Source: Auanema rhodensis (lineage: Eukaryota; Animalia; Nematoda). Taken from it: DNA of 64,000 bases. Made by a program: the position numbers and the translations under genes. Location of the stretch: contig OZ059896.1 of assembly GCA_964057225.1 (NCBI GenBank), forward strand, positions 868,001 to 932,000. Direction: 5' to 3'. The notes under the pieces were generated by a model. It did no database searches, was not told where the DNA came from, and saw only the letters and a list, made by a program, of their open reading frames with translations. Below are positions 28,301 to 43,400 of this stretch, piece by piece. Positions within the stretch are counted from its first letter, which is position 1, and each line of letters starts with the position of its first letter.

Positions 28301-31300
28301 TTGTTTTTAAACTAATATGGACATGGGGAATCTAATTTCGAAAACCGCATCTCTTTATCTTTCACGTGAAGCGAGTTACATACCAAGTGCACATCACGTG
28401 TACATTTAATTAGCATAAATTAAAGTTCACGTAAATTTCAAAGTCATGGTTACCATGAACCAATATCAATAAAAATTTGTTTTTAGACTAATATGGACAT
28501 GGGGAATCTAATTTCGAAAACCGCATCTCTTTATCTTTCACGTGAAGCGAGTTACATACCAAGTGCACATCACGTGTACATTTAATTAGCATAAATTAAA
28601 GTTCACGTAAATTTCAATGTCATGGTTACCATGAACCAATATCAATAAAAATTTGTTTTTAGACTAATATGGACATGGGGAATCTAATTTTAAAAACCGC
28701 ATCTCTTTATCTTTCACGTGAAGCGAGTTACATACCAAGTGCACATCACGTGTACATTTAATTAGCATAAATTAAAGTTCACGTAAATTTCAAAGTCATG
28801 GTTACCATGAACCAATATCAATAAAAATTTGTTTTTAGACTAATATGGACATGAAGAATCTAATTTTGAAAACCGCATCTTTCACGTGAAGCGAGTTACA
28901 TACCAAGTGCACATCACGTGTACATTTAATTAGCATAAATTAAAGTTCACGTAAATTTCAAAGTCATGGTTACCATGAACCAATATCAATAAAAATTTGT
29001 TTTTAGAATAATATGGACATGGGAAATCTAATTTTGAAAACCGCATCTCTTTATCTTTCACGTGAAGCGAGTTACATACCAAGTGCACATCACGTGTACA
29101 TTTAATTAGCATAAATTAAAGTTCACGTAAATTTCAAAGTCATGGTTACCATGAACCAATATCAATAAAAATTTGTTTTTAGACTAATATGGACATGGGG
29201 AATCTAATTTTGAAAACCGCATCTCTTTATCTTTCACGTGAAGCGAGTTACATACCAAGTGCACATCACGTGTACATTTAATTAGCATAAATTAAAGTTC
29301 ACGTAAATTTCAAAGTCATGGTTACCATGCACCAATATCAATAAAAATTTGTTTTTAGACTAATATGGACATGGGGAATCTAATTTTAAAAACCGCATCT
29401 CTTTATCTTTCACGTGAAGCGAGTTACATACCAAGTGCACATCACGTGTACATTTAATTAGCATAAATTAAAGTTCACGTAAATTTCAAAGTCATGGTTA
29501 CCATGAACCAATATCAATAAAAATTTGTTTTTAGACTAATATGGACATGGGGAATCTAATTTTGAAAACTGCATCTCTTTATCTTTCACGTGAAGCGAGT
29601 TACATACCAAGTGCACATCACGTGTACATTTAATTAGCATAAATTAAAGTTCACGTAAATTTCAAAGTCATGGTTACCATGCACCAATATCAATAAAAAT
29701 TTGTTTTTAGACTAATATGGACATGGGGAATCTAATTTTGAAAACCGCATCTCTTTATCTTTCACGTGAAGCGAGTTACATACCAAGTGCACATCACGTG
29801 TACATTTAATTAGCATAAATTAAAGTTCACGTGAATTTCAAAGTCATGGTTACCATGCACCAATATCAATAAAAATTTGTTTTTAGACTAATATGGAGAT
29901 GGGGAATCTAATTTTGAAAACCGCATCTCTTTATCTTTCACGTGAAGCAAGTTACATACCAAGTGCACATCACGTGTACATTTAATTAGCATAAATTAAA
30001 GTTCACGTGAATTTCAAAGTCATGGTTACCATGAACCAATATCAATGAAAATTTGTTTTCAGACTAATATGAACATGGGGAATCTAATTTTGAAAACCGC
30101 ATCTCTTTATCTTTCATGTGAAGCGAGTTACATACCAAGTGCACATCACGTGTACATTTAATTAGCATAAATTAAAGTTCACGTAAATTTCAAAGTCATG
30201 GTTACCATGAACCAATATCAATAAAAATTTGTTTTTAGACTAATATGGACATGGGGAATCTAATTTTAAAAACCGCATCTCTTTATCTTTCACGTGAAGC
30301 GAGTTACATACCAAGTGCACATCACGTGTACATTTAATTAGCATAAATTAAAGTTCACGTAAATTTCAAAGTCATGGTTACCATGAACCAATATCAATAA
30401 AAATTTGTTTTTAGACTAATATGGACATGAAGAATCTAATTTTGAAAACCGCATCTTTCACGTGAAGCGAGTTACATACCAAGTGCACATCACGTGTACA
30501 TTTAATTAGCATAAATTAAAGTTCACGTAAATTTCAAAGTCATGGTTACCATGAACCAATATCAATAAAAATTTGTTTTTAGACTAATATGGACATGGGG
30601 AATCTAATTTTGAAAACCGCATCTCTTTATCTTTCACGTGAAGCGAGTTACATACCAAGTGCACATCACGTGTACATTTAATTAGCATAAATTAAAGTTC
30701 ACGTAAATTTCAAAGTCATGGTTACCATGAACCAATATCAATAAAAATTTGTTTTTAGACTAATATGGACATGGGGAATCTAATTTTGAAAACCGCATCT
30801 CTTTATCTTTCACGTGAAGCGAGTTACATACCAAGTGCACATCACGTGTACATTTAATTAGCATAAATTAAAGTTCACGTAAATTTCAAAGTCATGGTTA
30901 CCATGAACCAATATCAATAAAAATTTGTTTTTAGACTAATATGGACATGGGGAATCTAATTTTGAAAACCGCATCTCTTTATCTTTCACGTGAAGCGAGT
31001 TACATACCAAGTGCACATCACGTGTACATTTAATTAGCATAAATTAAAGTTCACGTAAATTTCAAAGTCATGGTTACCATGAACCAATATCAATAAAAAT
31101 TTGTTTTTAGACTAATATGGACATGGGGAATCTAATTTCGAAAACCGCATCTCTTTATCTTTCACGTGAAGCGAGTTACATACCAAGTGCACATCACGTG
31201 TACATTTAATTAGCATAAATTAAAGTTCACGTAAATTTCAAAGTCATGGTTACCATGAACCAATATCAATAAAAATTTGTTTTTAAACTAATATGGACAT

Positions 31301-34300
31301 GGGGAATCTAATTTCGAAAACAGCATCTCTTTATCTTTCACGTGAAGCGAGTTACATACCAAGTGCACATCACGTGTACATTTAATTAGCATAAATTAAA
31401 GTTCACGTAAATTTCAAAGTCATGGTTACCATGAACCAATATCAATAAAAATTTGTTTTTAGACTAATATGGACATGGGGAATCTAATTTCGAAAACCGC
31501 ATCTCTTTATCTTTCACGTGAAGCGAGTTACATACCAAGTGCACATCACGTGTACATTTAATTAGCATAAATTAAAGTTCACGTAAATTTCAAAGTCATG
31601 GTTACCATGAACCAATATCAATAAAAATTTGTTTTTAGACTAATATGGACATGGGGAATCTAATTTTGAAAACCGCATCTCTTTATCTTTCACGTGAAGC
31701 GAGTTACATACCAAGTGCACATCACGTGTACATTTAATTAGCATAAATAAAAGTTCACGTAAATTTCAAAGTCATGGTTACCATGAAGCAATATCAATAA
31801 AAATTTGTTTTTAGACTAATATGGACATGGAGAATCTAATTTCGAAAGCCGCATCTCTTTATCTTTCACGTGAAGCGAGTTACATACCAAGTGCACATCA
31901 CGTGTACATTTAATTAGCATAAATTAAAGTTCACGTAAATTTCAAAGTCATGGTTACCATGAACCAATATCAATAAAAATTTGTTTTTAGACTAATATGG
32001 ACATGGGGAATCTAATTTCGAAAACCGCATCTCTTTATCTTTCACGTGAAGCGAGTTACATACCAAGTGCACATCACGTGTACATTTAATTAGCATAAAT
32101 TAAAGTTCACGTAAATTTCAAAGTCATGGTTACCATGAACCAATATCAATAAAAATTTGTTTTTAGACTAATATGGACATGGGGAATCTAATTTCGAAAA
32201 CCGCATCTCTTTATCTTTCACGTGAAGCGAGTTACATACCAAGTGCACATCACGTGTACATTTAATTAGCATAAATTAAAGTTCACGTAAATTTCAATGT
32301 CATGGTTACCATGAACCAATATCAATAAAAATTTGTTTTTAGACTAATATGGACATGGGGAATCTAATTTTAAAAACCGCATCTCTTTATCTTTCACGTG
32401 AAGCGAGTTACATACCAAGTGCACATCACGTGTACATTTAATTAGCATAAATTAAAGTTCACGTAAATTTCAAAGTCATGGTTACCATGAACCAATATCA
32501 ATAAAAATTTGTTTTTAGACTAATATGGACATGAAGAATCTAATTTTGAAAACCGCATCTTTCACGTGAAGCGAGTTACATACCAAGTGCACATCACGTG
32601 TACATTTAATTAGCATAAATTAAAGTTCACGTAAATTTCAAAGTCATGGTTACCATGAACCAATATCAATAAAAATTTGTTTTTAGAATAATATGGACAT
32701 GGGAAATCTAATTTTGAAAACCGCATCTCTTTATCTTTCACGTGAAGCGAGTTACATACCAAGTGCACATCACGTGTACATTTAATTAGCATAAATTAAA
32801 GTTCACGTAAATTTCAAAGTCATGGTTACCATGAACCAATATCAATAAAAATTTGTTTTTAGACTAATATGGACATGGGGAATCTAATTTTGAAAACCGC
32901 ATCTCTTTATCTTTCACGTGAAGCGAGTTACATACCAAGTGCACATCACGTGTACATTTAATTACCATAAATTAAAGTTCACGTAAATTTCAATGTCATG
33001 GTTACCATGAACCAATATCAATAAAAATTTGTTTTTAGACTAATATGGACATGGGGAATCTAATTTTAAAAACCGCATCTCTTTATCTTTCACGTGAAGC
33101 GAGTTACATACCAAGTGCACATCACGTGTACATTTAATTAGCATAAATTAAAGTTCACGTAAATTTCAAAGTCATGGTTACCATGAACCAATATCAATAA
33201 AAATTTGTTTTTAGACTAATATGGACATGAAGAATCTAATTTTGAAAACCGCATCTTTCACGTGAAGCGAGTTACATACCAAGTGCACATCACGTGTACA
33301 TTTAATTAGCATAAATTAAAGTTCACGTAAATTTCAAAGTCATGGTTACCATGAACCAATATCAATAAAAATTTGTTTTTAGAATAATATGGACATGGGA
33401 AATCTAATTTTGAAAACCGCATCTCTTTATCTTTCACGTGAAGCGAGTTACATACCAAGTGCACATCACGTGTACATTTAATTAGCATAAATTAAAGTTC
33501 ACGTAAATTTCAAAGTCATGGTTACCATGAACCAATATCAATAAAAATTTGTTTTTAGACTAATATGGACATGGGGAATCTAATTTTGAAAACCGCATCT
33601 CTTTATCTTTCACGTGAAGCGAGTTACATACCAAGTGCACATCACGTGTACATTTAATTAGCATAAATTAAAGTTCACGTAAATTTCAAAGTCATGGTTA
33701 CCATGCACCAATATCAATAAAAATTTGTTTTTAGACTAATATGGACATGGGGAATCTAATTTTGAAAACCGCATCATTTATCTTTCACGTGAAGCGAGTT
33801 ACATACCAAGTGCACATCACGTGTACATTTAATTAGCATAAATTAAAGTTCACGTAAATTTCAAAGTCATGGTTACCATGAACCAATATCAATAAAAATT
33901 TGTTTTTAGACTAATATGGACATGGGGAATCTAATTTTGAAAACTGCATCTCTTTATCTTTCACGTGAAGCGAGTTACATACCAAGTGCACATCACGTGT
34001 ACATTTAATTAGCATAAATTAAAGTTCACGTAAATTTCAAAGTCATGGTTACCATGCACCAATATCAATAAAAATTTGTTTTTAGACTAATATGGACATG
34101 GGGAATCTAATTTTGAAAACCGCATCTCTTTATCTTTCACGTGAAGCGAGTTACATACCAAGTGCACATCACGTGTACATTTAATTAGCATAAATTAAAG
34201 TTCACGTGAATTTCAAAGTCATGGTTACCATGCACCAATATCAATAAAAATTTGTTTTTAGACTAATATGGAGATGGGGAATCTAATTTTGAAAACCGCA

Positions 34301-37300
34301 TCTCTTTATCTTTCACGTGAAGCGAGTTACATACCAAGTGCACATCACGTGTACATTTAATTAGCATAAATTAAAGTTCACGTGAATTTCAAAGTCATGG
34401 TTACCATGAACCAATATCAATGAAAATTTGTTTTTAGACTAATATGAACATGGGGAATCTAATTTTGAAAACCGCATCTCTTTATCTTTCATGTGAAGCG
34501 AGTTACATACCAAGTGCACATCACGTGTACATTTAATTAGCATAAATTAAAGTTCACGTAAATTTCAAAGTCATGGTTACCATGAACCAATATCAATAAA
34601 AATTTGTTTTTAGACTAATATGGACATGGGGAATCTAATTTTAAAAACCGCATCTCTTTATCTTTCACGTGAAGCGAGTTACATACCAAGTGCACATCAC
34701 GTGTACATTTAATTAGCATAAATTAAAGTTCACGTAAATTTCAAAGTCATGGTTACCATGAACCAATATCAATAAAAATTTGTTTTTAGACTAATATGGA
34801 CATGAAGAATCTAATTTTGAAAACCGCATCTTTCACGTGAAGCGAGTTACATACCAAGTGCACATCACGTGTACATTTAATTAGCATAAATTAAAGTTCA
34901 CGTAAATTTCAAAGTCATGGTTACCATGAACCAATATCAATAAAAATTTGTTTTTAGACTAATATGGACATGGGGAATCTAATTTTGAAAACCGCATCTC
35001 TTTATCTTTCACGTGAAGCGAGTTACATACCAAGTGCACATCACGTGTACATTTAATTAGCATAAATTAAAGTTCACGTAAATTTCAAAGTCATGGTTAC
35101 CATGAACCAATATCAATAAAAATTTGTTTTTAGACTAATATGGACATGGGGAATCTAATTTTGAAAACCGCATCTCTTTATCTTTCACGTGAAGCGAGTT
35201 ACATACCAAGTGCACATCACGTGTACATTTAATTAGCATAAATTAAAGTTCACGTAAATTTCAAAGTCATGGTTACCATGAACCAATATCAATAAAAATT
35301 TGTTTTTAGACTAATATGGACATGTGGAATCTAATTTTAAAAACCGCATCTCTTTATCTTTCACGTGAAGCGAGTTACATACCAAGTGCACATCACGTGT
35401 ACATTTAATTAGCATAAATTAAAGTTCACGTAAATTTCAAAGTCATGGTTACCATGCACCAATATCAATAAAAATTTGTTTTTAGACTAATATGGACATG
35501 GGGAATCTAATTTTGAAAACCGCATCTCTTTATCTTTCACGTGAAGCGAGTTACATACCAAGTGCACATCACGTGTACATTTAATTAGCATAAATTAAAG
35601 TTCACGTAAATTTCAAAGTCATGGTTACCATGAACCAATATCAATAAAAATTTGTTTTTAGACTAATATGGACATGGGGAATCTAATTTCGAAAACCGCA
35701 TCTCTTTATCTTTCACGTGAAGCGAGTTACATACCAAGTGCACATCACGTGTACATTTAATTAGCATAAATTAAAGTTCACGTAAATTTCAAAGTCATGG
35801 TTACCATGAACCAATATCAATAAAAATTTGTTTTTAAACTAATATGGACATGGGGAATCTAATTTCGAAAACAGCATCTCTTTATCTTTCACGTGAAGCG
35901 AGTTACATACCAAGTGCACATCACGTGTACATTTAATTAGCATAAATTAAAGTTCACGTAAATTTCAAAGTCATGGTTACCATGAACCAATATCAATAAA
36001 AATTTGTTTTTAGACTAATATGGACATGGGGAATCTAATTTCGAAAACCGCATCTCTTTATCTTTCACGTGAAGCGAGTTACATACCAAGTGCACATCAC
36101 GTGTACATTTAATTAGCATAAATTAAAGTTCACGTAAATTTCAAAGTCATGGTTACCATGAACCAATATCAATAAAAATTTGTTTTTAGACTAATATGGA
36201 CATGGGGAATCTAATTTTGAAAACCGCATCTCTTTATCTTTCACGTGAAGCGAGTTACATACCAAGTGCACATCACGTGTACATTTAATTAGCATAAATA
36301 AAAGTTCACGTAAATTTCAAAGTCATGGTTACCATGCACCAATATCAATAAAAATTTGTTTTTAGACTAATATGGACATGGGGAATCTAATTTTGAAAAC
36401 CGCATCTCTTTATCTTTCACGTGAAGCGAGTTACATACCAAGTGCACATCACGTGTACATTTAATTAGCATAAATTAAAGTTCACGTAAATTTCAAAGTC
36501 ATGGTTACCATGAACCAATATCAATAAAAATTTGTTTTTAGACTAATATGGACATGGGGAATCTAATTTCGAAAGCCGCATCTCTTTATCTTTCACGTGA
36601 AGCGAGTTACATACCAAGTGCACATCACGTGTACATTTAATTAGCATAAATTAAAGTTCACGTAAATTTCAAAGTCATGGTTACCATGAACCAATATCAA
36701 TAAAAATTTGTTTTTAAACTAATATGGACATGGGAAATCTAATTTCGAAAACCGCATCTCTTTATCTTTCACGTGAAGCGAGTTACATACCAAGTGCACA
36801 TCACGTGTACATTTAATTAGCATAAATTAAAGTTCACGTAAATTTCAAAGTCATGGTTACCATGAACCAATATCAATAAAAATTTGTTTTTAAACTAATA
36901 TGGACATGGGGAATCTAATTTCGAAAACCGCATCTCTTTATCTTTCACGTGAAGCGAGTTACATACCAAGTGCACATCACGTGTACATTTAATTAGCATA
37001 AATTAAAGTTCACGTAAATTTCAAAGTCATGGTTACCATGAACCAATATCAATAAAAATTTGTTTTTAGACTAATATGGACATGGGGAATCTAATTTCGA
37101 AAACCGCATCTCTTTATCTTTCACGTGAAGCGAGTTACATACCAAGTGCACATCACGTGTACATTTAATTAGCATAAATTAAAGTTCACGTAAATTTCAA
37201 TGTCATGGTTACCATGAACCAATATCAATAAAAATTTGTTTTTAGACTAATATGGACATGGGGAATCTAATTTTGAAAACCGCATCTCTTTATCTTTCAC

Positions 37301-37400
37301 GTGAAGCGAGTTACATACCAAGTGCACATCACGTGTACATTTAATTAGCATAAATTAAAGTTCACGTAAATTTCAAAGTCATGGTTACCATGCACCAATA
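16380..37400 (+). repeat. Sub-domain C: variable-length HORs marked by a 168-bp deletion monomer
   Basis: Thirteen monomers carry GCATCTTTCACG (8-bp deletion) between ~17680 and ~34830. Co-markers are the CAATGAAAA/ATGAACAT/TCATGTGA monomer, CAATGTCA, GGAGATGG and AAAACTGC. Boundaries are approximate. Confidence 0.88.
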
Positions 37401-40400
37401 TCAATAAAAATTTGTTTTTAGACTAATATGGACATGGGGAATCTAATTTTGAAAACCGCATCTCTTTATCTTTCACGTGAAGCGAGTTACATACCAAGTG
37501 CACATCACGTGTACATTTAATTAGCATAAATTAAAGTTCACGTAAATTTCAAAGTCATGGTTACCATGAACCAATATCAATAAAAATTTGTTTTTAGACT
37601 AATATGGACATGGGGAATCTAATTTTGGAAACCGCATCTCTTTATCTTTCACGTGAAGCGAGTTACATACCAAGAGCACATCACGTGTACATTTAATTAG
37701 CATAAATTAAAGTTCACGTAAATTTCAAAGTCATGGTTACCATGAATCAATATCAATAAAAATTCGTTTTTAGACTAATATGGACATGGGGAATCTAATT
37801 TTGAAAACCGCATCTCTTTATCTTTCACGTGAAGCGAGTTACATACCAAGTGCACATCACGTGTACATTTAATTAGCATAAATTAAAGTTCACGTAAATT
37901 TCAAAGTCATGGTTACCATGAACCAATATCAATAAAATTTGTTTTTAAACTAATATGGACATGGGGAATCTAATTTCGAAAACCGCATCTCTTTATCTTT
38001 CACGTGAAGCGAGTTACATACCAAGTGCACATCACGTGTACATTTAATTAGCATAAATTAAAGTTCACGTAAATTTCAAAGTCATGGTTACCATGAACCA
38101 ATATCAATAAAAATTTGTTTTTAGACTAATATGGACATGGGGAATCTAATTTCGAAAACCGCATCTCTTTATCTTTCACGTGAAGCGAGTTACATACCAA
38201 GTGCACATCACGTGTACATTTAATTAGCATAAATTAAAGTTCACGTAAATTTCAAAGTCATGGTTACCATGCACCAATATCAATAAAAATTTGTTTTTAG
38301 ACTAATATGGACATGGGGAATCTAATTTTGAAAACCGCATCTCTTTATCTTTCACGTGAAGCGAGTTACATACCAAGTGCACATCACGTGTACATTTAAT
38401 TAGCATAAATTAAAGTTCACGTAAATTTCAAAGTCATGGTTACCATGAACCAATATCAATAAAAATTTGTTTTTAGACTAATATGGACATGGGGAATCTA
38501 ATTTTGAAAACCGCATCTCTTTATCTTTCACGTGAAGCGAGTTACATACCAAGTGCACATCACGTGTACATTTAATTAGCATAAATAAAAGTTCACGTAA
38601 ATTTCAAAGTCATGGTTACCATGAACCAATATCAATAAAAATTTGTTTTTAGACTAATATGGACATGGGGAATCTAATTTTGAAAACCGCATCTCTTTAT
38701 CTTTCACGTGAAGCGAGTTACATACCAAGTGCACATCACGTGTACATTTAATTAGCATAAATTAAAGTTCACGTAAATTTCAAAGTCATGGTTACCATGC
38801 ACCAATATCAATAAAAATTTGTTTTTAGACTAATATGGACATGGGGAATCTAATTTTGAAAACCGCATCTCTTTATCTCTCACGTGAAGCGAGTTACATA
38901 CCAAGTGCACATCACGTGTACATTTAATTAGCATAAATTAAAGTTCACGTAAATTTCAAAGTCATGGTTACCATGAAGCAATATCAATAAAAATTTGTTT
39001 TTAGACTAATATGGACATGGGGAATCTAATTTCGAAAGCCGCATCTCTTTATCTTTCACGTGAAGCGAGTTACATACCAAGTGCACATCACGTGTACATT
39101 TAATTAGCATAAATTAAAGTTCACGTAAATTTCAAAGTCATGGTTACCATGAACCAATATCAATAAAAATTTGTTTTTAGACTAATATGGACATGGGGAA
39201 TCTAATTTTGAAAACCGCATCTCTTTATCTTTCACGTGAAGCGAGTTACATACCAAGTGCACATCACGTGTACATTTAATTAGCATAAATTAAAGTTCAC
39301 GTAAATTTCAAAGTCATGGTTACCATGCACCAATATCAATAAAAATTTGTTTTTAGACTAATATGGACATGGGGAATCTAATTTTGAAAACCGCATCTCT
39401 TTATCTTTCACGTGAAGCGAGTTACATACCAAGTGCACATCACGTGTACATTTAATTAGCATAAATTAAAGTTCACGTAAATTTCAAAGTCATGGTTACC
39501 ATGAACCAATATCAATAAAAATTTGTTTTTAGACTAATATGGACATGGGGAATCTAATTTTGAAAACCGCATCTCTTTATCTTTCACGTGAAGCGAGTTA
39601 CATACCAAGTGCACATCACGTGTACATTTAATTAGCATAAATTAAAGTTCACGTAAATTTCAAAGTCATGGTTACCATGAACCAATATCAATAAAAATTT
39701 GTTTTTAGACTAATATGGACATGGGGAATCTAATTTTGAAAACCGCATCTCTTTATCTCTCACGTGAAGCGAGTTACATACCAAGTGCACATCACGTGTA
39801 CATTTAATTAGCATAAATTAAAGTTCACGTAAATTTCAAAGTCATGGTTACCATGAACCAATATCAATAAAAATTTGTTTTTAGACTAATATGGACATGG
39901 AGAATCTAATTTTGAAAACCGCATCTCTTTATCTTTCACGTGAAGCGAGTTACATACCAAGTGCACATCACGTGTACATTTAATTAGCATAAATTAAAGT
40001 TCACGTAAATTTCAAAGTCATGGTTACCATGAACCAATATCAATAAAAATTTGTTTTTAGACTAATATGGACATGGGAAATCTAATTTTGAAAACCGCAT
40101 CTCTTTATCTTTCACGCGAAGCGAGTTACATAACAAGTGCAGATCACGTGTACATTTAATTAGCATAAATTAAAGTTCACGTAAATTTCAAAGTCATGGT
40201 TACCATGAACCAATATCAATAAAAATTTGTTTTTAGACTAATATGGATATGGGGAATCTAATTTTGAAAACCGCATCTCTTTATCTTTCACGTGAAGCGA
40301 GTTACATACCAAGTGCACATCACGTGTACATTTAATTAGCATAAATTAAAGTTCACGTAAATTTCAAAGTCATGGTTACCATGAACCAATATCAATAAAA

Positions 40401-43400
40401 ATTTGTTTTTAGACTAATATGGACATGGGGAATCTAATTTTGAAAACCGCATCTCTTTATCTTTCACGTGAAGCGAGTTACATACCGAGTGCACATCACG
40501 TGTACATTTAATTAGCATAAATTAAAGTTCACGTAAATTTCAAAGTCATGGTTACCATGAACCAATATCAATAAAAATTTGTTTTTAAACTAATATGGAC
40601 ATGGGGAATCCAATTTCGAAAACCGCATCTCTTTATCTTTCACGTGAAGCGAGTTACATAACAAGTGCACATCACGTGTACATTTAATTAGCATAAATTA
40701 AAGTTCACGTAAATTTCAAAGTCATGGTTACCATGAACCAATATCAATAAAAATTTGTTTTTAGACTAATATGGACATGGGGAATCTAATTTCGAAAACC
40801 GCATCTCTTTATCTTTCACGTGAAGCGAGTTACATACCAAGTGCACATCACGTGTACATTTAATTAGCATAAATTAAAGTTCACGTAAATTTCAAAGTCA
40901 TGGTTACCATGCACCAATATCAATAAAAATTTGTTTTTAGACTAATATGAACATGGGGAATCTAATTTTGAAAACCGCATCTCTTTATCTTTCACGTGAA
41001 GCGAGTTACATACCAAGTGCACATCACGTGTACATTTAATTAGCATAAATTAAAGTTCACGTAAATTTCAAAGTCATGGTTACCATGAACCAATATCAAT
41101 AAAAATTTGTTTTTAGACTAATATGGACATGGGGAATCTAATTTTGAAAACCGCATCTCTTTATCTTTCACGTGAAGCGAGTTACATACCGAGTGCACAT
41201 CACGTGTACATTTAATTAGCATAAATTAAAGTTCACGTAAATTTCAAAGTCATGGTTACCGTGAACCAATATCAATAAAAATTTGTTTTTAAACTAATAT
41301 GGACATGGGGAATCCAATTTCGAAAACCGCATCTCTTTATCTTTCACGTGAAGCGAGTTACATACCAAGTGCACATCACGTGTACATTTAATTAGCATAA
41401 ATTAAAGTTCACGTAAATTTCAAAGTCATGGTTACCATGAACCAATATCAATAAAAATTTGTTTTTAGACTAATATGGACATGGGGAATCTAATTTCGAA
41501 AACCGCATCTCTTTATCTTTCACGTGAAGCGAGTTACATACCAAGTGCACATCACGTGTACATTTAATTAGCATAAATTAAAGTTCACGTAAATTTCAAA
41601 GTCATGGTTACCATGCACCAATATCAATAAAAATTTGTTTTTAGACTAATATGAACATGGGGAATCTAATTTTGAAAACCGCATCTCTTTATCTTTCACG
41701 TGAAGCGAGTTACATACCAAGTGCACATCACGTGTACATTTAATTAGCATAAATTAAAGTTCACGTAAATTTCAAAGTCATGGTTACCATGAACCAATAT
41801 CAATAAAAATTTGTTTTTAGACTAATATGGACATGGGGAATCTAATTTTGAAAACCGCATCTCTTTTTCTTTCACGTGAAGCGAGTTACATACCAAGTGC
41901 ACATCACGTGTACATTTAATTAGCATAAATTAAAGTTCACGTAAATTTCAAAGTCATGGTTACCATGAACCAATATCAATAAAAATTTGTTTTTAGACTA
42001 ATATGGACATGGGGAATCTAATTTTAAAAACCGCATCTCTTTATCTCTCACGTGAAGCGAGTTACATACCAAGTGCACATCACGTGTACATTTAATTAGC
42101 ATAAATTAAAGTTCACGTAAATTTCAAAGTCATGGTTACCATGCACCAATATCAATAAAAATTTGTTTTTAGACTAAAATGGACATGGGGAATCTAATTT
42201 TGAAAACCGCATCTCTTTATCTTTCACGTGAAGCGAGTTACACACCAAGTGCACATCACGTGTACATTTAATTAGCATAAATTAAAGTTCACGTAAATTT
42301 CAAAGTCATGGTTACCATGAACCAATATCAATAAAAATTTGTTTTTAGACTAATATGGACATGGGGAATCTAATTTTTAAAACCGCATCTCTTTATCTTT
42401 CACGTGAAGCGAGTTACATACCAAGTGCACATCACGTGTACATTTAATTAGCATAAATTAAAGTTCACGTAAATTTCAAAGTCATGGTTACCATGAACCA
42501 ATATCAATAAAAATTTGTTTTTAGACTAATATGGACATGGGGAATCTAATTTTGAAAACCGCATCTCTTTATCTTTCACGTGAAGCGAGTTACATACCAA
42601 GTGCACATCACGTGTACATTTAATTAGCATAAATTTAAGTTCACGTAAATTTCAAAGTCATGGTTACCATGAACCAATATCAATAAAAATTTGTTTTTAG
42701 ACTAATATGGACATGGGGAATCTAATTTTGAAAACCGCATCTCTTAATCTTTCACGTGAAGCGAGTTACATACCAAGTGCACATCACGTGTACATTTAAT
42801 TAGCATAAATTAAAGTTCACGTAAATTTCAAAGTCATGGTTACCATGAACCAATATCAATAAAAATTTGTTTTTAGACTAATATGGATATGGGGAATCTA
42901 ATTTTGAAAACCGCATCTCTTTATCTTTCACGCGAAGCGAGTTACATAACAAGTGCAGATCACGTGTACATTTAATTAGCATAAATTAAAGTTCACGTAA
43001 ATTTCAAAGTCATGGTTACCATGAACCAATATCAATAAAAATTTGTTTTTAGACTAATATGGACATGGGGAATCTAATTTTGAAAACCGCATCTCTTTAT
43101 CTTTCACGTGAAGCGAGTTACATACCGAGTGCACATCACGTGTACATTTAATTAGCATAAATTAAAGTTCACGTAAATTTCAAAGTCATGGTTACCATGA
43201 ACCAATATCAATAAAAATTTGTTTTTAAACTAATATGGACATGGGGAATCTAATTTCGAAAACCGCATCTCTTTATCTTTCACGTGAAGCGAGTTACATA
43301 CCAAGTGCACATCACGTGTACATTTAATTAGCATAAATTAAAGTTCACGTAAATTTCAAAGTCATGGTTACCATGAACCAATATCAATAAAAATTTGTTT

